A DNA stretch of 37,292 nucleotides, taken from Bacteroidales bacterium (GTDB taxonomy: Bacteria; Bacteroidota; Bacteroidia; Bacteroidales; WCHB1-69). Positions 9,373-18,645 of the stretch are shown piece after piece (position 1 is the stretch's first letter; the number at the start of each line of letters is the position of its first letter). The notes beneath the pieces are model-generated. The model saw nothing but the letters and a program-made list of their open reading frames with translations. It did no database searches and was not told where the DNA came from. The stretch spans positions 1 to 37,292 of the forward strand of contig JAEEUY010000233.1 of NCBI GenBank assembly GCA_016290715.1, written 5' to 3'. Both the position numbers and the translations under genes were made by a program.

Positions 9373-11691
9373 TTAAAAATGCCAGCTTAACCCTAAACTA
9401 TACAGAATGGGGAGTTGGTAGATGGTTTCGTTGCTGATTCTATCTTTATAGAAAACGTTCTTGTAGTTGTATAGGTTGGTAACGCCTACACTTACATCAA
9501 TGACATGACGCTTTTTGATATAGAAAGATTTTTTTGCGCTGATATCCAAACGATGGTAATTGGGCAATTTCCCTTTGTTATAATCGGCTAAAATAAAGCT
9601 GACAGACTCGTTTGCTGTTACATAGTTGATGTCAAAGGAGGTGATATTCATTTGCGGATAATACGCTTGTGTTTGCGTGAACGGGAATCCCGATCCGAAA
9701 TTCCATCTTAAGTCAATTTGCCAGCTACGGCGCTTCCCGAAACCATAAGAACACAAAAAGTTGATATTGTGCCGGCGGTCGAAGTGAGGGGCGTAATGAA
9801 TAATGCCATCGTAGCGTTTTACCCAGCCTAAAGAATATATTGCTTTAATATTCAGACCTTTATATTTAAAATCAAAGGTAATATCTCCTCCATACGCTTT
9901 TCCGGATTCAAACATATAGTCGCGTTCATCATTGAACATCTTGTACCGGTTTAAGGAGGTGAGGATGGAGAAGTTTTTAAAGTATCCTTCAATATTGATG
10001 GTGGTAAATGGAATCACATCTAATTCCAAACCGAGGATAATATGTTGGGACTTCTGCATGCTTGAACGCACTTCTTTGCCATTGAGCGCATAGTCGGGGA
10101 GATCGCTGGGACTGGACAGGAAGCCGGTGAAAAGATTCACGACATCGCGGTCGGAGGTCGCCCCCACCAGATTCTGAGAATAGAGGCCGCCTGCTAATTT
10201 AAGACGGATTTTCTTGGTGATGTTGTACTTGATGGCAAGCCGTGGTTCAGGAGAGCTTACTCCTAAAGAAGCATAATATTGCAGACGGAAGCTGGGTTCC
10301 AAGACTAACTTGTCCAACAAGTTATATTTGTATTTGATAAATAGTCCCACATCGGTAGTGTAATCAACTGTTTGCACGCGACTGTTGACATTGGTATCAC
10401 GGTAGAAGATGTATTTGGCGGTATAGCCTATGAATTCTGCCCCGAAAGAGAACTGGCTTCTTCCTACATAATAGGTGAATTTCAGATTCGCATTAAACCC
10501 CGATAGTGAACTTTGACGGGAATTGGTGTCCTTTTGGTTTGTCATTTGGGTCATGATATGGGGCTTGTAGGCTTGGTCGTCGAGAGCTGTATAGTAGTTG
10601 CTGTAAGCAACGGTGCCTTCAATCATCATCGGTGAACTGCCCGGAATGATAAGGAAATTGGCTCCAGTTCCCCAGTTTGTCCATTTGTAGGTGGCAATAT
10701 CGGAGTAGTTGACTTTATCATCAAAATGAAATCCGAACAGATTGATTTTAGAGCCATTTTTTGCCTCAAATGAGATTTTTCCATAAAAATCGAGGTAGTT
10801 GTATGGAAGTCCGCCTTTGATGTATGGGTAAAATAGTTTGGAGGATTGTTCCAAGTAGGAGCCTTTGATGGAAAGAATGTATCCTAACGAAGCGGCTCTT
10901 TTTTCACTCTTTTTGATGAATGGCCCTTCTAACAATAGTTTGGCTCCGAAAGTGTTGACATCCACTTTCCCCGAAATATGTTTTTTATTGCCGTCTTTGG
11001 TGCGTATATCCATTACGGAAGAAATCCTTCCGCCAAATTCTCCGCCGAATCCTCCTGTATAAACATCGGCAGAGGCTATAATTTCGCTGTCGAAAACCGA
11101 GAAGAGACCGATAGAGTGGAAGGGATTGTAAATCAGCATTCCATCAAGGAGAAGCATGTTTTGTATGGGGGTTCCTCCACGAACGTATAGCTGTCCGCCT
11201 TGGTCGCCCGTGGAAACGATACCCGGTAATACTTGAAGGTATTGTGCAAAATCGGGTGTGCCTCCGATAGAGGGCATCTGCTTGATGTCTTTGGGCGTAA
11301 CGGTTATGACCGAGGTGCGTGTTTCCGTCATCACCCGTTGCCCTTCCGCTGTGATTTGTACTGCATCTAACGATACTTTGGAGGGGTTGAGATGCACATT
11401 TTTGGTGATGATATTGTTGGCAATCTTAATGGATTCGCGGATGGTGTCGTATCCCAAAAAGGTGATAAGCAGTTCGTAATCGCCAGTGGGTATTTTGGTT
11501 AACATATAAGCCCCGTTCTTTTCCGTCATTACACCGTAGGAAGTGCCTGCCAATTGCACCAGAGTGTAGGCCATGGGTTCCCCCGATTCATTGTCGTAAA
11601 CAAATCCTTTTATACCACCGTATTGAGCGTAACTATTTGTAAATAAAAGAATTATTATAATACCTATGATAAATTGATACCACTTTTTCAT
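9373..11691 (-). CDS. TonB-dependent receptor with an N-terminal carboxypeptidase-regulatory-like domain.
   Basis: It has the signal peptide MKKWYQFIIGIIIILLFTNSYA|Q, a CarboxypepD_reg-like stretch GIKGFVYDNESGEPMAYTLVQL...GDYELLITFLGYD, and plug motifs IGGTPDFAQYLQVLPGI and LYVRGG. The beta-barrel ends ...LSWHF. The start is set at ATG 11691 because a -7 box at 11719..11712 lies downstream of the ORF-track start at 11751. Confidence 0.8.
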   Translation of the reverse strand: MKKWYQFIIGIIIILLFTNSYAQYGGIKGFVYDNESGEPMAYTLVQLAGTSYGVMTEKNGAYMLTKIPTGDYELLITFLGYDTIRESIKIANNIITKNVHLNPSKVSLDAVQITAEGQRVMTETRTSVITVTPKDIKQMPSIGGTPDFAQYLQVLPGIVSTGDQGGQLYVRGGTPIQNMLLLDGMLIYNPFHSIGLFSVFDSEIIASADVYTGGFGGEFGGRISSVMDIRTKDGNKKHISGKVDVNTFGAKLLLEGPFIKKSEKRAASLGYILSIKGSYLEQSSKLFYPYIKGGLPYNYLDFYGKISFEAKNGSKINLFGFHFDDKVNYSDIATYKWTNWGTGANFLIIPGSSPMMIEGTVAYSNYYTALDDQAYKPHIMTQMTNQKDTNSRQSSLSGFNANLKFTYYVGRSQFSFGAEFIGYTAKYIFYRDTNVNSRVQTVDYTTDVGLFIKYKYNLLDKLVLEPSFRLQYYASLGVSSPEPRLAIKYNITKKIRLKLAGGLYSQNLVGATSDRDVVNLFTGFLSSPSDLPDYALNGKEVRSSMQKSQHIILGLELDVIPFTTINIEGYFKNFSILTSLNRYKMFNDERDYMFESGKAYGGDITFDFKYKGLNIKAIYSLGWVKRYDGIIHYAPHFDRRHNINFLCSYGFGKRRSWQIDLRWNFGSGFPFTQTQAYYPQMNITSFDINYVTANESVSFILADYNKGKLPNYHRLDISAKKSFYIKKRHVIDVSVGVTNLYNYKNVFYKDRISNETIYQLPILYSLGLSWHF

Positions 11692-11711
11692 TGTGTGAAT
11701 TTTTGGAGCGG

Positions 11712-11719
11712 CAAAGTTA
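11712..11719 (-). promoter_or_regulatory. -7 promoter box (TAACTTTG on the minus strand) for the TonB-dependent receptor operon.
   Basis: Plus-strand caaagtta lies 21 nt upstream of ATG 11691. Confidence 0.5.
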
Positions 11720-11809
11720 CGATTTTTATTAGGACTATAAGGCATATTCACGATAAAAACAAGACGAATAAAACAATAATTTTTATAGTGCTATTTGAGA
11801 AAAATATCT

Positions 11810-11817
11810 TATTTTTG
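11810..11817 (+). promoter_or_regulatory. -7 promoter box TATTTTTG for the yitT-like/C69 dipeptidase operon.
   Basis: It matches TAnnTTTG in the divergent intergenic region, 73 nt upstream of ATG 11890. Confidence 0.4.
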
Positions 11818-11889
11818 CAAACTTTTTTGACACTAAAAAAATAGTTTATAAACTATTGAAAATAAAATAATTATAAAATCATATAGAAA

Positions 11890-12816
11890 ATGAATTTTGC
11901 AAAGAACGAAAAATTTTTATCCAAAGAGTGGTTCACCGCGTACGGTTTGCTGGTGATGGGCTGTTTTTTGTTTGCGGTGGGGGATGTGATGTTTGTCAAT
12001 CCGTACCGTTTGGCCCCCGGCGGAACCTACGGTCTGGCAAATGTTTTTAATACCCTCTGGCCGTGGAAAATCAGTTACTATGCTTTTTGCATGGATATTC
12101 CCTTGCTGCTGATTGGTACATGGCTCCTGGGACCGAAGTTCGGACTTAAGACAGTGCTTTCCACTTTTCTGATTCTGGGTTTTGTGTTCTTTTTGGAAAG
12201 TTTTTGGGGATATGATCCGGTTATCCACGACGGTCTGCTTCCTAATGCCCCTGATGGAGAACTGAAGTTTGTCCCCGATTACTTCTTGAATACTTTGATG
12301 GCCGGTTTGATTTATGGCGTTGCCATCGGCATGATTTTTAAATCAGGGGCCACCTCCGGCGGAAGTGATATCATTGCCATGATCCTGAACAAATATATGA
12401 AAGTGTCGTTGGGAACGCTGGTGCTGATTGTTGACTCCTGCATTACCCTCACCACATTGGTTGCTTTTGGACAGTTCAGGTTGCCCATATATTCCATTCT
12501 TCTGATTGTTGTGGAAAGCAAGGTGATTGACCTTGTGGTTGATGGAATGAAGATTTATAAAACGGTATTTATTATTTCTGATAAGGAAGAGGAGGTGCGT
12601 GATGCGATTATTCATGATTTGAACCGTGGGGGGACCTGCTTTAAGGGAGTAGGCTTGTATGCAGGAAAAGAACGCAGTATGATTTACACTACCGTCTCTC
12701 GTAGCGAATTTGTGAAACTGCGTGCCGGCATTTCCCGCATTGACCCGAATGCGTTTATCAATGTTATTGATAGCAGTGAAATCATGGGGAATGGGTTTAA
12801 GAAATTGACGGAATAA
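11890..12816 (+). CDS. YitT-family integral membrane protein with a DUF2179-like C-terminal domain.
   Basis: 308 aa. It is polytopic, with GGTYGL and SGATSGGSDI motifs typical of the YitT family, and has a soluble C-terminal domain. Confidence 0.7.
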   Translation: MNFAKNEKFLSKEWFTAYGLLVMGCFLFAVGDVMFVNPYRLAPGGTYGLANVFNTLWPWKISYYAFCMDIPLLLIGTWLLGPKFGLKTVLSTFLILGFVFFLESFWGYDPVIHDGLLPNAPDGELKFVPDYFLNTLMAGLIYGVAIGMIFKSGATSGGSDIIAMILNKYMKVSLGTLVLIVDSCITLTTLVAFGQFRLPIYSILLIVVESKVIDLVVDGMKIYKTVFIISDKEEEVRDAIIHDLNRGGTCFKGVGLYAGKERSMIYTTVSRSEFVKLRAGISRIDPNAFINVIDSSEIMGNGFKKLTE

Positions 12817-12848
12817 TAACAGAAAAGGCATTTTTATTATTTAAGAGT

Positions 12849-14444
12849 ATGAAAATGAAGAAATTAATGTTATTGATAGGTTGTCTTGCAGCAAGTTCAC
12901 TATTTGCTCAAGTTCAAGTGGATGAGATAGCCGACAAGATGGAATGTACCACCGTAACCGTGGGCAAAAAAGCTTCGAAGGATGGTTCGGTGATGACTTC
13001 TCACACCGACGATAGCGGTCGCAGCCGTACCAATATCAAAGTGGAAGCGGCAGCCGATCATACGGCAACGGAGATGCAAACAATCTATAAAAGGGTGAAT
13101 TGTCCGAAAGAGACACCCTCTATGCCACAATATTGCAATGAGTATGCGGGTGAGATTCCCCAAGTGGCGCATACGTACCAATTTCTCAATACAGCCTATC
13201 CGTGTATGAATGAAAAGCAATTGGCCATCGGCGAATCTACCTTTGGCGGACGGCCGGAATGCCGTTCATCAAAAGGGATGATTGACTGTCAGGCACTCTG
13301 CATGCTGATGATGCAACGTTGCAGTACGGCCCGTGAAGCCATCAGGATGGCTGGCGACCTTTTGAAGAAATATGGATGGAATGATGGGGGTGAGTGCCTT
13401 ACCATTGCTGATAAAAATGAAGTCTGGCACTTGGAAATTGTTGGTCCGGGAAAGGATAAAGTTGGGGCTGTTTGGGCTGCCCAGCGTGTCCCCGACGACC
13501 ATGTGGCTGTTAACGCTAACGCCTCTACAATCCGGGAGATAGATTTGAAAAACAAAGACTATTTTATGGCATCGGATAATGTTTTTCAGGTGGCAGAAGA
13601 GAATGGTTGGTACGATAAGAAAAAGGAAACGTTCCGTTTTGCTTACGCTTACGCTCCCGAAAGTCGCGCAATGCTGGCCTGCCGCCGTCGCGAATGGCGC
13701 GTGTTCGACCTGCTTGCACCTTCTTTGAAATTAGACCCTAACGCAGAAAATTATCCGTTTTCGGTGAAACCTGACTCGCTCGTTACCTTGGAGGACATGG
13801 TGCGCGTTTTTAAGGATTATTACGAAGGTACAGAATATGATATGCGCAAAAATCTGACCGTTACCGATAAAGATGGGAAAACAGTCATTTCCCCATTGGC
13901 CAATCCTTTTATGAAAAGCGATGAGTTGAAATTGCATAAGATTAATGGCGGTTGGCACTGGCGCGGGGAACGTACAATTGCTGTTCATTTTACTGTTTAT
14001 GCAACCATTTTGCAATGCCGTAACTGGCTTCCTGACGAAGTGGGTGGCCTCTGCTGGTTCGATCTGGATAACGTTGCCTCCTCAATTTATGTGCCGATTT
14101 ATGCCTCGGTTACTGACCTCCCCGACACCTATAAAACCTGCGGAAGAGTTACCGGCTTTAGCAAAGATGCCGCATGGTGGGCATTCAACCGCTTGGGAAC
14201 GATTGCCGCAAAACGCTGGGGGGATATGCGGAAGTATGTCGATGCCGCTTGGGTCCCCATGCAAAAAGAGTTCTTTGCCAACCAAAAAAACATTGAAGAA
14301 CAAGCATTGCAATTAGGACAGTCGGACAGGAATGCCGCCATCCGCTTCTTGACGGATTACTCTAACCAGCAGTGTAATAAAGCTGTTAAGAAAGCGTGGG
14401 AAACAGGTGATCTGATATGGACTGTTTTCGATGGCGCTTGGTGA
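12849..14444 (+). CDS. C69-family dipeptidase (Ntn-hydrolase type), secreted.
   Basis: 531 aa. The signal peptide is ...ASSLFA|Q, followed by the C69 N-terminal nucleophile region ECTTVTVGKKASKDGSVMTSHTDD. Confidence 0.8.
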   Translation: MKMKKLMLLIGCLAASSLFAQVQVDEIADKMECTTVTVGKKASKDGSVMTSHTDDSGRSRTNIKVEAAADHTATEMQTIYKRVNCPKETPSMPQYCNEYAGEIPQVAHTYQFLNTAYPCMNEKQLAIGESTFGGRPECRSSKGMIDCQALCMLMMQRCSTAREAIRMAGDLLKKYGWNDGGECLTIADKNEVWHLEIVGPGKDKVGAVWAAQRVPDDHVAVNANASTIREIDLKNKDYFMASDNVFQVAEENGWYDKKKETFRFAYAYAPESRAMLACRRREWRVFDLLAPSLKLDPNAENYPFSVKPDSLVTLEDMVRVFKDYYEGTEYDMRKNLTVTDKDGKTVISPLANPFMKSDELKLHKINGGWHWRGERTIAVHFTVYATILQCRNWLPDEVGGLCWFDLDNVASSIYVPIYASVTDLPDTYKTCGRVTGFSKDAAWWAFNRLGTIAAKRWGDMRKYVDAAWVPMQKEFFANQKNIEEQALQLGQSDRNAAIRFLTDYSNQQCNKAVKKAWETGDLIWTVFDGAW

Positions 14445-14513
14445 TTTTTTCCCCATTCCCGTTATTTTTTTGTAACAAAAAAAAATATGTTGCGTTTAAC
14501 GTTAAAATTTTTA

Positions 14514-14521
14514 TAGATTTG
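14514..14521 (+). promoter_or_regulatory. -7 promoter box TAGATTTG for the small basic lipoprotein / FG-GAP gene pair.
   Basis: It matches TAnnTTTG in the 129-nt gap after the dipeptidase gene, 52 nt upstream of ATG 14574. Confidence 0.45.
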
Positions 14522-14573
14522 CAAATCGTTATTTTATCGAATTGGATATTGTAATTTTTTGAATCAACCATAT

Positions 14574-14816
14574 ATGAAAGTGCGGAAAATTTGGGTGTAT
14601 TTTTTACTTTGCGTATTTAGTTTGCCGGCATTATTGTCGCTGTCAAGTTGTCAGACTTCTTACAAAAACATGCGTAAATTTTCTAAAAATAGAAAAGCAC
14701 AATCTAAACGCAGTAAAAAACACCGTCGTCAAAGTCGCTCAAAACGCAAATCTGCTCGTCCAATTAATACTACTTATGTGGTGAAAAGCAAAAGAAGAAC
14801 CTCTTTCCATTACTAA
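14574..14816 (+). CDS. Small (80 aa) extremely basic lipoprotein of unknown function.
   Basis: MKVRKIWVYFLLCVFSLPALLSLSS|C is a lipobox. The 54 residues after the Cys contain 21 Lys/Arg and no Asp/Glu (KNRKAQSKRSKKHRRQSRSKRKSARP). The ORF-track start at 14559 is TTG; ATG 14574 gives a canonical signal peptide. The stop lies 1 nt before the next ATG. Confidence 0.55.
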   Translation: MKVRKIWVYFLLCVFSLPALLSLSSCQTSYKNMRKFSKNRKAQSKRSKKHRRQSRSKRKSARPINTTYVVKSKRRTSFHY

Positions 14817-14817
14817 A

Positions 14818-17022
14818 ATGGTGCGGTTTCTCTCTTTTTTTTTCTTTTTGTTTGTTTTTCCCCTCGCTGTTCGGGCACAAGTTTTACCTGATCTTGGATT
14901 TAAGCGTTCACAGAATATCCAAGTATTTGATAGTTTGAATAATATGCTTGATTTTCCCTTCGTCGGAGGAATGAATGCGGTGCGTGCCTCCGAATTGGAT
15001 TTGAATCAAGATGGAATTTCAGACCTCGTCTTCTTTGAAAAGCATGGGGATAGGATTCTCCCTTTTATCAATCAAGGGGTTCCCCATTCAATACATTATA
15101 CTTACGCACCGCAATATATACATGATTTACCATCGTTGCACAATTGGACCATTTTCATGGACTACAATGGGGATGGCAAGAGTGATATTTTTACTTATGG
15201 GTTGGCAGGAATTACGGTGTATAAAAATATCTCAACATCGCAACAGCTTTTATTTGAATTGGTTACAGAACAACTGCAATCATATTATTACAACGGTTAC
15301 ACCAATCTTTTTACTTCCCCGGATGATTATCTGGCCTTGGCAGATTTGGATGGCGATGGCGATTTGGATATCCTCAATTTTTGGCTACTGGGAAAATACG
15401 TCCATTATCACCGCAATTATTCAATGGAGAATTATGGTGATTCAGAACATCTGGATTTCCGCTTGGAGAATGAGTGCTGGGGGCACTTTGAGGAAGGTGC
15501 CGATAATAACCACATCTCTTTGTATAGCTCTTGCAATGGAGGAGGAAAGGATGAACCCACAAGGCATATCGGTTCCACACTCTTTGTGACGGATATTGTG
15601 GGAAATGCTTTGCCTGACCTGTTAATTGGGGATGTGGATTATCCGAATCTGATTCTGCTGGAAAATGGCGGCACTTGGGAAGACCCTTTGATGGTCTCTA
15701 TGGATACGGCGTTTCCTTCCGCACAGCATCCCGTCATGCTTTACTCTATGCCCGCAGTTAATTTTTTAGATATTGATAATGATGGTAAAAAGGAAATGAT
15801 AGCTTCCCCTTCAGATCCTTCATTAACAAAATCTCAAGATTTGAACAGCGTTTGGCTGTATCAAAAAAATGATGAAACAGGGCAAATGGAGAAACTATCG
15901 GAATCTTTTATCCAAAATCAGATGGTGGATGTGGGAAGTGGGGCATATCCCGTTTTTTATGACTGGAATGGGGATGGCAGGGCGGATTTGTTTATTGCCA
16001 ATTATGGCAGTTTTGATTCTGCCACCTATCATCAGGGTTTTTTGAATTCTTTTTTTTCTTCTTCCATTGCTTATTATGAAAATATGGGTTCGCAGAATAA
16101 TCCTGTGTATCATTTTGTTACATCGGATTTCGCCCGTTTGAAGCAATATGGCTACTTGGCTTTGTATCCTGCGTTTGGGGATATCAATGGCGATGGTAAT
16201 GTGGATATGTTGTGTGGAAATAAGGAGGGAACGGTGCTCTATTTGGAGAACAGGGGAGGGGGGGCATGGCAAATGCATGACGATTGGCAAAATATAGATG
16301 CAGGGGATTATAGTGTACCACAACTGTTTGATATTGATAAAGATGGGAAAATGGACCTGCTGATAGGCAATCGTCGTGGACAGATTGCCTATTACAAAAA
16401 TATATCAAATGAAATACCTGATTTTGAATTGGTTACATGCTGCTTGGGAAATGTGGATGTAAGAAATGAAGAGATTTCGTATTTTGGATATGCCACTCCC
16501 TGTTTCTTTGAAAAAGAGGGTGAAACGTATCTGTTTTGTGGGAATGAACAGGGTCATATATTGATATATAATGAAATTGATGATAATTTGACAGGCTCTT
16601 TCCGATGTGTGGGACAAGTGGAGGAAACTTTCCAGTCACGTCATTATGGTTTGATAGAGGGCATTCGGGTGGCACCTGCCGTCGCTGATATTAATGGCGA
16701 CAACTATTTGGACCTGATGGTGGGAAATTATGCAGGAGGCATTTCCTACTTCGAGGGCGAAATGCCCATTGTCCAACTTGATGATTTTACAGTAAATCCC
16801 TTGCTTATTTACCCTAATCCTGCATCTGCCGCTTTTACACTGGAGGCAAGGTCGGTGCAAGAAGTCGCATTGTATGACCTTTCGGGTCGGTTGGTTTATC
16901 ATCAAACTTTTCAAAATGAGTCCCAAATCCGAGTGGGCGTTGAAAACCTTCCGGCAGGGTTTTATGTGGGAAAAGTGAGAGCCCGCAACCTGATTCAACA
17001 ATTCAAGCTAATCGTTGAATAG
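14818..17022 (+). CDS. FG-GAP/VCBS-repeat beta-propeller protein with a T9SS type-A C-terminal sorting domain.
   Basis: 734 aa with signal peptide ...PLAVRA|Q. It has about 8 Ca-binding DxDxDG-type loops: DLNQDGISD, DYNGDGKSD, DLDGDGDLD, DIDNDGKKE, DWNGDGRAD, DINGDGNVD, DIDKDGKMD and DINGDNYLD. The C-terminus LIYPNPASAAFTLEA...VALYDLSGRLVY...LPAGFYVGKV...KLIVE is CTD-like. Confidence 0.85.
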   Translation: MVRFLSFFFFLFVFPLAVRAQVLPDLGFKRSQNIQVFDSLNNMLDFPFVGGMNAVRASELDLNQDGISDLVFFEKHGDRILPFINQGVPHSIHYTYAPQYIHDLPSLHNWTIFMDYNGDGKSDIFTYGLAGITVYKNISTSQQLLFELVTEQLQSYYYNGYTNLFTSPDDYLALADLDGDGDLDILNFWLLGKYVHYHRNYSMENYGDSEHLDFRLENECWGHFEEGADNNHISLYSSCNGGGKDEPTRHIGSTLFVTDIVGNALPDLLIGDVDYPNLILLENGGTWEDPLMVSMDTAFPSAQHPVMLYSMPAVNFLDIDNDGKKEMIASPSDPSLTKSQDLNSVWLYQKNDETGQMEKLSESFIQNQMVDVGSGAYPVFYDWNGDGRADLFIANYGSFDSATYHQGFLNSFFSSSIAYYENMGSQNNPVYHFVTSDFARLKQYGYLALYPAFGDINGDGNVDMLCGNKEGTVLYLENRGGGAWQMHDDWQNIDAGDYSVPQLFDIDKDGKMDLLIGNRRGQIAYYKNISNEIPDFELVTCCLGNVDVRNEEISYFGYATPCFFEKEGETYLFCGNEQGHILIYNEIDDNLTGSFRCVGQVEETFQSRHYGLIEGIRVAPAVADINGDNYLDLMVGNYAGGISYFEGEMPIVQLDDFTVNPLLIYPNPASAAFTLEARSVQEVALYDLSGRLVYHQTFQNESQIRVGVENLPAGFYVGKVRARNLIQQFKLIVE

Positions 17023-17057
17023 AAGGAATGGGAATCTGAATCTGAAAGGGAAAAAGA

Positions 17058-17696
17058 TTAATAGATAGTAACCAACATTTTGGCAATCAGGAAAATTCCC
17101 AAACCGCAAAAAACAAGTCCGACAATGCGGTTGATGAGGTAGGCAATATTGGGTGTGATGGCATTTTTGATTTTCCCGGCAAAATAACTTTTTAAACAGT
17201 CAATGGAAAAAACGGTTCCTAAAATTGTTAGAAAAAACAGGATTTGGTATTGGAGTACCGAACCGCTGTAGGGAGTGATGCCAATCCATAAGATCCAAAT
17301 AAAGGGATTGGTGAAATTGAAAATAAAACCTTTGGCAAAATGGGACAGGAAATGGTTCTTTTTTTCTGTTTTTCCCAAGACCTCCCGCTGGTGTTTTTCC
17401 CCCAACTTGGGTTTTTTGTTGAAAAAACTGACAATGCCATAGATGATGAGGATACTTCCTCCAATGATGCTGCATACAAGACGTGCGATTTCATTTTGCA
17501 TAACATTAGCCAACCCCCAGATGCATAGGGAAATAAGCAAAAAATCACTGAAGGCGATTCCTAAGGCAAATTGCATTCCTGATTTAAATCCTTTTTCCAA
17601 GCTGGTTTGTATGATACCGAAAAAGGCAGCGCCGGGAGTGATGGAGATGGCGAGTGCGATAGGCAGGGCGGTAAGTATGGTGGATAGTATGCTCAT
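17058..17696 (-). CDS. LysE/RhtB-family small-molecule (amino acid) exporter.
   Basis: 212 aa with about 6 TM segments. The N-terminal ...ISITPGAAFFGIIQTS motif region and the size fit the LysE family. Its start overlaps the upstream stop (TAATG). Confidence 0.7.
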   Translation of the reverse strand: MSILSTILTALPIALAISITPGAAFFGIIQTSLEKGFKSGMQFALGIAFSDFLLISLCIWGLANVMQNEIARLVCSIIGGSILIIYGIVSFFNKKPKLGEKHQREVLGKTEKKNHFLSHFAKGFIFNFTNPFIWILWIGITPYSGSVLQYQILFFLTILGTVFSIDCLKSYFAGKIKNAITPNIAYLINRIVGLVFCGLGIFLIAKMLVTIY

Positions 17697-18454
17697 TATT
17701 CGTAATTTCCCTTTCTTTTTCCAAAATTATAAGCAATGTAGGCGCATAGGAACCATGACTTTTTTTTGTTGTAGGCCATTTGTTGCACAGGAGGGAAAAC
17801 CATATCGAAAGTGCCTCCAATTTCCAATGCGTGCATTGTGTACTCATCTTTGCTGAAATCAAAGTTGAGCCCTGTCTTCAGATAGAATCCAGGATGTAAG
17901 GTGGTTTTGCCGATCCCTTGAAAAAAGTTGGACCGGCTGATAATATCGTCAATATTGTGCTTTTCAGGGTCGTAGCGTTCAGATACTTTGCCAATCACTT
18001 CTCCAGCTGCGGAGTACTGGGCGATGTACACATAAATGGGAAGTGCAATGCCTAACGCGAACCCGCCGGATAATGTGTATCTGATGCGAACGCCTCCCCA
18101 GTAAGGCTTCTGATGAATGGTGCGCTGGTATCCGTAGCCTCCACGCAGCATGAATAAATCACACATTTTCCCGTATGTGAAAGGACGCGTACTCTCAAAA
18201 TAGGGATTCCTTCCCAAAACCGCCTTGTGGTGGATGTTATACCAAAAGTCGATTTCCCAGAAATGTTTGTCATAATAATTCGGAGTTCGCCCTTGTTGGA
18301 AGCCCATACCAAAACCATTGGTGTTGAGAAAAATGTCTATATTCCACTCTTTAACAATGACCTTAGTCCATTCTACTTCACCAACATCTTGTGAATGAGC
18401 AAAAAACGGCAATAACATTAAAAATACGTATAGAAACGCTTTTTTATGAATCAT
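17696..18454 (-). CDS. Secreted beta-strand-rich protein of unknown function, probably outer membrane.
   Basis: 252 aa with signal peptide ...LPFFAHS|Q. Alternating hydrophobic and aromatic strands are present (IRYTLSGGFALGIALPIYVYIAQY, FYLKTGLNFDF, LEIGGTFDMVF, WFLCAYIAYNF). I recognise no family motif. Confidence 0.6.
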   Translation of the reverse strand: MIHKKAFLYVFLMLLPFFAHSQDVGEVEWTKVIVKEWNIDIFLNTNGFGMGFQQGRTPNYYDKHFWEIDFWYNIHHKAVLGRNPYFESTRPFTYGKMCDLFMLRGGYGYQRTIHQKPYWGGVRIRYTLSGGFALGIALPIYVYIAQYSAAGEVIGKVSERYDPEKHNIDDIISRSNFFQGIGKTTLHPGFYLKTGLNFDFSKDEYTMHALEIGGTFDMVFPPVQQMAYNKKKSWFLCAYIAYNFGKRKGNYE

Positions 18455-18474
18455 GCCAAAAGGAAAGAATTTTT

Positions 18475-18621
18475 TTATAATTCAGCTAAATTATCGTCTG
18501 CTATGGGTGCTGCCACTTCAGTGTAATGACCATAGGCGGGACATTTTTCTCTGGTAGCACAAGAACTTACGATAATAAAAAGTGCAAATATTAAACTAAT
18601 TAAAAGAAATGTACGTTTCAT
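18475..18621 (-). CDS. Unlisted 48-aa lipoprotein.
   Basis: Hand translation gives MKRTFLLISLIFALFIIVSS|CATREKCPAYGHYTEVAAPIADDNLAEL*. It has a canonical lipobox, a -7 box 25 nt upstream, and ends 20 nt before the next gene. It is below the ORF-track length cutoff. Confidence 0.5.
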   Translation of the reverse strand: MKRTFLLISLIFALFIIVSSCATREKCPAYGHYTEVAAPIADDNLAEL

Positions 18622-18645
18622 AATAGGTCAATTTTTTTTGGTCGG

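Noticed and set aside
11692-11751. N-terminal extensions offered by the ORF track: 11751 for the TonB receptor, 29815 for the OM barrel, 35121 for aspS, 14559 for the small lipoprotein and 2621 for rarA.
   Set aside because: The extensions precede canonical signal peptides or conserved N-termini, or overlap upstream genes. Some begin with TTG when an ATG with better context follows. For the TonB receptor the -7 box lies downstream of 11751.
14465-14483. An A/T palindrome, TTTTTTTGT-a-ACAAAAAAA, after the C69 dipeptidase gene, considered as a terminator.
   Set aside because: The stem is almost pure A:T and the loop is 1 nt, so a stable hairpin is unlikely. It may still mark the operon end, but the sequence alone does not support a terminator call.
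17029-17044. A short tandem gaatct-gaatct in the 35-nt convergent gap between the FG-GAP and LysE genes.
   Set aside because: There are only two copies, with no flanking inverted repeats or hairpin. It is too short to interpret.
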